From: an uncultured Archaeoglobaceae archaeon
Lineage (GTDB): Archaea > Halobacteriota > Archaeoglobi > Archaeoglobales > Archaeoglobaceae
Assembly: GCA_938048785.1 (NCBI GenBank)
Contig: CALIUJ010000109.1
Coordinates: forward strand, 1-42,106
DNA: 42,106 bases
Direction of reading: 5' to 3'
The position numbers and the translations under genes were made by a program. The notes beneath the pieces were generated by a model. The model worked only from the letters and a program-made list of their open reading frames with translations, made no database searches and was not told the origin of the DNA. Shown here piece after piece: positions 37,844 through 42,106 of the stretch; within the stretch, counting starts at the first letter, position 1, and every line of letters starts with the position of its first letter.

Positions 37844-38802
37844 AGGTCCTTAGGGAAGGCGAAGGTTCTTTGCTCGAAGTTGAATATGAAGACCTCTTTT
37901 CCAATCTCAGCCCCAAATGGGCGAGGAACGTGGAAAATCCTACCTTCGGAGTCCATTACTTCTGCTATGCTCTCGTCTAAGTTTGTTATGACTCCCCATC
38001 CCATTTCCTCCTTTTTTGCGATCAGAGTAGCTCCAGAGACGTTCATCGCTTTTCCTGTGATGATTTCGATCCCCTTCTGAATTTTTGAATTCTTAACGAC
38101 GCAGATCTTGCCATCTTTCAAAACCACATCGTAGTTTTCAGCTTCTGAAAGTCTTATAAGGAATGTAAACCTGTAGACGTCTCTTCCATCTATCCTCGTG
38201 TGCAATTTTTTACTCCTAAAAACGCTTCCCCCTATCTCGTCTGCAATCGCTTTTGACACCTTTTCTCCAATTTTTCTACTCCCAAAGTAAAAATCGATAC
38301 CAGAATTCGTCTCCTCGAATCTTAGGAGAAAATCTTTCTCTCCATCGCTCTCACCTAAGATTTTCTCTACGATTTTCATAGCGCTCTCAACTTCTTCATT
38401 CCTTAGACTGCGTTTTTGCGCTCTTATCTGCACAATCGCTTCGTAATACCCACCGCTTTCTTTAGAGCATCGGGGACAAGTTATCGTTCGAATTCGCAAG
38501 TTCAAAGGGATTTTAACGCTTACACGATCGCCGTAAATACTTCCCGTCACAACTACGGAATTCTTGAGAACTTCAAAAGATTCAACATTAAAATCCGGGA
38601 ATACAACGAGGTTCTCGAAAACACCTTTTTCTATTGCACTCACATCATCGATTTTCGTCCACCCTTTACCAAACCTAAAGCTTCCACACCTTCCACACCT
38701 TTCGATCTCGATACTTGGAAGATAAGCCAAGGTATTTCGCTCCGCAAAACAGCTTCCGCAGATCTTGAAATCGCCTTCTTTCCCGCAAACTATGCATCTC
38801 AC
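37840..38802 (-). CDS. nmd3: NMD3-family protein (large ribosomal subunit biogenesis/export factor homologue)
   Basis: N-terminal Cys4 clusters 'CIVCGK...CGSCF' and 'CGRCGS'. A later 'CPRCSK' is followed by 'GGYYEAIVQIR'. It has a GTG start and overlaps trm5 by 4 nt. Confidence 0.85.
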   Translation of the reverse strand: MRCIVCGKEGDFKICGSCFAERNTLAYLPSIEIERCGRCGSFRFGKGWTKIDDVSAIEKGVFENLVVFPDFNVESFEVLKNSVVVTGSIYGDRVSVKIPLNLRIRTITCPRCSKESGGYYEAIVQIRAQKRSLRNEEVESAMKIVEKILGESDGEKDFLLRFEETNSGIDFYFGSRKIGEKVSKAIADEIGGSVFRSKKLHTRIDGRDVYRFTFLIRLSEAENYDVVLKDGKICVVKNSKIQKGIEIITGKAMNVSGATLIAKKEEMGWGVITNLDESIAEVMDSEGRIFHVPRPFGAEIGKEVFIFNFEQRTFAFPKDL

Positions 38803-38839
38803 GTAGAGTTTATGTTGATGCTGTTAATAAAAATGCTTT

Positions 38840-38879
38840 GCATCTTTGTCTCGCCTTAATTGACGCATCTTTGTCGCGC
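38840..38879. repeat. Two direct copies of GCATCTTTGTC spaced 25 nt apart, in the nmd3 upstream region
   Basis: An 11-nt perfect match (38840-38850 and 38865-38875), with CGC following after 1 or 0 nt. It lies between the small membrane gene stop and the nmd3 TATA-like box. Confidence 0.6.
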
Positions 38880-38904
38880 TCTAAAATTTATAATTTAGAA
38901 AAAA

Positions 38905-39201
38905 TTATTTTAAAACTCGCAAAACGCTTGAAGCGATTGCAAGCACAACTGTAAGTGCGAGGCTTAGATAGGTTAGAGGTAGACCGATGAACTTGTTGAA
39001 AAATCCAAGGGTCGCAGAGTAAGCGATGAAAAAAGCCCAGAAAGCAAAAGCATATAGCGATGAGAAAAGTAGGGCTGATCTGTAGCTCTTAGCAAAAAAT
39101 CCGATCAGAGCACCGGTTAACGCAATTCCTATCCAGTGGAAGAGAGATATCGCGATTGCGAAGACAATTGCCAAGACCTTAACCAAATACAATTCTCTCA
39201 C
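38905..39201 (-). CDS. Small three-TM membrane protein, function unknown
   Basis: 98 aa and almost entirely hydrophobic, with three helices. Its start overlaps the 3' end of the acylase gene by 23 nt. An alternative TTG start at 39174 is downstream of the acylase stop. Confidence 0.5.
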   Translation of the reverse strand: MRELYLVKVLAIVFAIAISLFHWIGIALTGALIGFFAKSYRSALLFSSLYAFAFWAFFIAYSATLGFFNKFIGLPLTYLSLALTVVLAIASSVLRVLK

Positions 39202-41467
39202 CTCTCACACTAAAATCGCAGACCTTGTATTTTCCTTCAGCCCAAAGGATTAGTTGATCATCGTAGTTCTTCGAGAAGAAGTTCCCCGAATTCCCACCGG
39301 GAATAACGCAGTAATCCTTCTCGAAAGTTACGATCATCCTCCAACTGCTCCCCGCTTGATAGCCATCGCTGGTGCGACGGAAGTTGAAGACTGTGAACTC
39401 ATCACCATCCATAGGCTTCGATGGATAGTCGAAGTAGTTCAGAACTTTGGTGAACGGGTGCTTTAAAGCAAGTCTGTTGAGATCCCCGTATACTTTGTAG
39501 TTCTTCTTTTCTATCTCTTGAATCGCAAGATTTAGCGCCCTTAAAGCGATATCGCTCCTCGTTTCCACGACTTCAGTTCTCTTATCGTCGAACCATTCAC
39601 TGTTCGCCGGTAGATTTTGTAACACGTAAAGCCTTGGAAGGTAGCTCTTATCAAGACCTACTGCGAAAAACTCGTCAAAGGTTTCGTTTACGAACTTCTC
39701 AAGCCAGACTGCGAAGATCAACGCCCCCTTTGAATCCTTTTCCATTCTGTAATCCCAATTCTTTAGATTTTCTGCATAAGCCCTTAGCTTCTCATCCATA
39801 TTTGGATAAGCTTCGAGTATGAACGGGACAAAGTATTCTGCAACTTTCGACTTCGTATCCCTCTGTAGGTTCATGAAATCCTCTGCTGTGATCTTCTTTT
39901 TCGCAGCGAGCTCTTCAAGGACTTCGTTGATCCTCATTCCTCTATAAGGATCCGCAAAATACATCGCATCGCCCAAGTAATGCTTTTTGTAACCAATTTC
40001 TTGATTTGCGGTCGCTATGTAGTCTGGGTTTATCACGTGCGGAATTTCTTCGAATGGTATGAACCCTTCCCAAGTGGAGAAGCCAAAAGCCCTGAAACCC
40101 CTCCACTCTCCTTCACCTGCGGATCCATTGAAAATTCTGTTTCCAGGAACCTCTTTTCCATCTACAAGCCTTATCGGATATTTTCCTGCGGGATAATACA
40201 TGGTGTTCCCGTAGATGTCCGCGTAAACGACGTTTTGGGCTGGAACGGAGAAGAACTTGAGCCCTTCGATGAAATCGCTGATGTTGCGGGCGTAGTTGAA
40301 TTTGTAAATCGCCAAAGCTTCGCTCGTGTTCGTGAGACCAGTCCAAGCCACCGCAACTCTAAAGCCGTATCTTTCGATTAGGGCGCCGTGGATTGTTTTT
40401 TCAACCACCAATTCCCTTTCTTCGATACCCCTCGCAGTCTTTACCCTTACCTTCTCAACTTTTCTCTCTGGCTCTAACCACTGACCTTTGTATAGGTATT
40501 TGCTACCGTTCCAGACGTAGTAGTAGAAGTCGATCACATCCGCACCAACGTTCGTAAATCCCCAGGCTAAGAAGTCGTTTCTTCCGATGATGATCATTCC
40601 AACCCCAGGAAATGTCACCCCACGAACGTTGAATCCGTTGAGCTGGATGTGCATCTCATACCACACGGGTGGAACAGTTAAAAGCAAGTGTGGATCGTTC
40701 GCAAGCATAGGTTTTCCGGTGGTCGTGAAATTGCCCGAAATTACCCAATTGTTCGAACCGAAGCTCGAATCGCTTTCAAAACTCTTCATCCAATCGACAA
40801 ATGACTTGTTCACCCTTATTATCGTGTGTTCATGACCCAAGGACATTGGATACAACTCGAGAGCTTTTTCTCCAAGCTTTTCTAAGATAACAGCCCTTTT
40901 CAGATCCCAAAAGTTCCCAGTTAAACCCCAAGCAATCTGTTTTGCGATCAGCAGAGTATCGACTGGGGTCCACTTCTTCGGTTTGTAGTTTGCGAGCTGA
41001 AACTCCATGGGCATTTTTTCTCTTTCGATGAAGTGGTTGACACCTTCGCTGTAGGCGATTAGAAGTTCAGCAATCTCTGAATCCTTTAAACTCTCCCATG
41101 TTATCTCCGCGGATCTTGCAAAGTCCATTTTTCTGTAAAAAACGTCCGATTCGTAGAACTCTTCACCAAAAACTTCGCTAAGCTCACCACGCATCATTCT
41201 ACGATACAAATCCATCTGAAAAAGGCGATCCTTCGCTTGAACATAACCGATTGCGAACGCAAGCGCTTTTTCGTTTTCAGCGACAAAGTGAGGAACGCCA
41301 AACTCGTCGTAGAACATCTCGACTTTCCCATATGGGTTTTTAATCTCTTTCTTTTCTTCCAAAGGCCAGAGAGTTCCCGAAAAGGGTGCAAGCAACGTCA
41401 AGTAGTTGCTCGCCAGGTAGATAAGGATGGCAAACGCTAAAACAGCGACAAATCGCCTCCAACGCAT
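39179..41467 (-). CDS. Penicillin acylase / AHL-acylase family Ntn hydrolase, N-terminally membrane-anchored
   Basis: 'GVPHFVAENEKALAFAIGYVQAKDRLFQMD' is the alpha-subunit motif. The predicted autoprocessing site 'SSFG|SNNWVISG' has its Ser238 codon at 40754-40756, and 'LANDPHL' follows. The N-terminal TM is 'FVAVLAFAILIYLA'. Confidence 0.85.
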   Translation of the reverse strand: MRWRRFVAVLAFAILIYLASNYLTLLAPFSGTLWPLEEKKEIKNPYGKVEMFYDEFGVPHFVAENEKALAFAIGYVQAKDRLFQMDLYRRMMRGELSEVFGEEFYESDVFYRKMDFARSAEITWESLKDSEIAELLIAYSEGVNHFIEREKMPMEFQLANYKPKKWTPVDTLLIAKQIAWGLTGNFWDLKRAVILEKLGEKALELYPMSLGHEHTIIRVNKSFVDWMKSFESDSSFGSNNWVISGNFTTTGKPMLANDPHLLLTVPPVWYEMHIQLNGFNVRGVTFPGVGMIIIGRNDFLAWGFTNVGADVIDFYYYVWNGSKYLYKGQWLEPERKVEKVRVKTARGIEERELVVEKTIHGALIERYGFRVAVAWTGLTNTSEALAIYKFNYARNISDFIEGLKFFSVPAQNVVYADIYGNTMYYPAGKYPIRLVDGKEVPGNRIFNGSAGEGEWRGFRAFGFSTWEGFIPFEEIPHVINPDYIATANQEIGYKKHYLGDAMYFADPYRGMRINEVLEELAAKKKITAEDFMNLQRDTKSKVAEYFVPFILEAYPNMDEKLRAYAENLKNWDYRMEKDSKGALIFAVWLEKFVNETFDEFFAVGLDKSYLPRLYVLQNLPANSEWFDDKRTEVVETRSDIALRALNLAIQEIEKKNYKVYGDLNRLALKHPFTKVLNYFDYPSKPMDGDEFTVFNFRRTSDGYQAGSSWRMIVTFEKDYCVIPGGNSGNFFSKNYDDQLILWAEGKYKVCDFSVRGERIVFG

Positions 41468-41504
41468 GTTAAAAATATCCAGATCATTTTAAATATTTTA
41501 CGAT

Positions 41505-41712
41505 TCAAAGCCTTTGCGACCCCTTTACATCTTTTCGTCCCCCTTCATCAATTTTCTCCCTCTCTTCAATCTCTCTAAGCTCTCCCTCTGTCATTTCAAG
41601 AATAAAGGTGCCCACGTAACCGCATTTGAGACATCTGTATTTGCTTCGTGTAACTACCATCTAAAACGATCTCTTTGGACTTGCAAATCGGACAAACGAG
41701 AAATCTCTTCAT
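41505..41712 (-). pseudogene. Small 4-Cys Zn-ribbon protein split across two reading frames (frameshift near 41640-41660)
   Basis: Frame A (41712 to 41596) reads MKRFLVCPICKSKEIVLDGSYTKQ.... Frame B (41660 to 41505) reads MVVTRSKYRCLKCGYVGTFILEMTEGELREIEEREKIDEGGRKDVKGSQRL. CPIC and CLKC together form a classical Zn ribbon, and the 208-nt span is not a multiple of 3. Confidence 0.5.
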
Positions 41713-41789
41713 AAATTTAGCTAATCGCACGTCTGATAAATTTGATTGAGAACTTCGCAAAATTTTTAAGAAATCGCGAAAACGAATTT

Positions 41790-42106
41790 GTGTTGATAGC
41801 CCTTTCTGTGTATGGTGAAGACAAATTGGGAATCGTTCACGCAGTAGCCAAAGCGCTTGCAAGTTGCAATGCGAACATCGTGGATATAGAGCAAACAGTT
41901 CTCCACGGGATATTTGCGATGTTCATAGTTGCTGAGGCAGAGGAATTGGAATGCGTTGAGAAAAATCTCAAGGAGGTTGCGGAAAATCTGAATCTGAAGA
42001 TCAGCTTAAATCCATTCGAGAGGAAGGAAGGGAAGAAAAAGAATTTGTTCGTTGTGAACGTGCTTGGTAAAGACAGAGTTGGGATCGTTCGCGATATAAC
42101 TGCGGT
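41790..42106 (+). CDS. Tandem ACT-domain protein (GcvR/COG2716-like), 3' end cut by the window edge
   Basis: Two ACT beta-alpha-beta starts are visible: 'LIALSVYGEDKLGIVHAVAKALASCNANIVDIEQ' and 'LFVVNVLGKDRVGIVRDITA'. The GTG 41790 start is tentative, since the frame is open from 41721. Confidence 0.6.
   Translation, partial: MLIALSVYGEDKLGIVHAVAKALASCNANIVDIEQTVLHGIFAMFIVAEAEELECVEKNLKEVAENLNLKISLNPFERKEGKKKNLFVVNVLGKDRVGIVRDITA

Noticed and set aside
41596-41862. An 88-aa minus-strand ORF as listed in the track.
   Set aside because: Its first 50 codons overlap the ACT-domain gene and the divergent promoter, and they look non-coding. Only the part from ATG 41712 (the CPIC Zn-knuckle) looks real, and I report that as part of the frameshifted Zn-ribbon gene.

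Overview
The window is a very gene-dense archaeal chromosome segment. SepCysS, the exosome/proteasome genes and the GPN-loop GTPase resemble Archaeoglobus fulgidus and Pyrococcus proteins I recall, so the source is probably an Archaeoglobales-like euryarchaeon.

Gene content is mostly conserved housekeeping:
- A radical-SAM gene with a coupled small ORF, then TFE.
- A long minus-strand run: truD, secreted SNase-like nuclease, SepCysS, Pop5, proteasome alpha, SBDS, Rrp4, Rrp41, Rrp42.
- A SAMHD1-like HD hydrolase.
- An mbf1-cutA-nucleotidyltransferase operon placed divergently to PAN.
- One tRNA-Arg(TCG).
- TPR protein, ftsZ, secE, nusG/spt5 and rpl11.
- A GPN-GTPase with two membrane proteins.
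- hemL-hemC-cobA plus a DUF2148 Fe-S protein.
- An NrpR-like regulator next to a TAXI-TRAP transporter, a glutaryl-CoA-dehydrogenase-like enzyme and a family III CoA-transferase.
- An accessory-looking stretch: KaiC-like pseudo-ATPase, FAH hydrolase, macro domain, split DUF1214/DUF1254, EamA and orphan TrpB2.
- Rubrerythrin and superoxide reductase.
- A GTPBP1-like GTPase, NikR, Trm5 and Nmd3.
- A membrane-anchored penicillin-acylase-family Ntn hydrolase.
- A frameshifted Zn-ribbon gene and a partial tandem-ACT gene.

I saw no CRISPR array, rRNA, transposase, integrase or recognisable defence island, and I cannot honestly point to a clear novel system.

The items most worth a second look are:
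- A perfect 14-bp inverted repeat that exactly brackets the PAN ORF.
- The predicted NrpR/TAXI-TRAP/CoA-transferase/GCDH C5-dicarboxylate module.
- The GPN-GTPase plus SlaB-like coiled-coil membrane protein operon.
- The CX4CX2C radical-SAM pair.
- The two-frame Zn-ribbon gene.
- Six of eight convergent gene pairs overlap at their stop codons (a seventh has a 2-nt gap), which leaves no space for terminators.

All family calls rest on motif recognition by eye, not on database searches.
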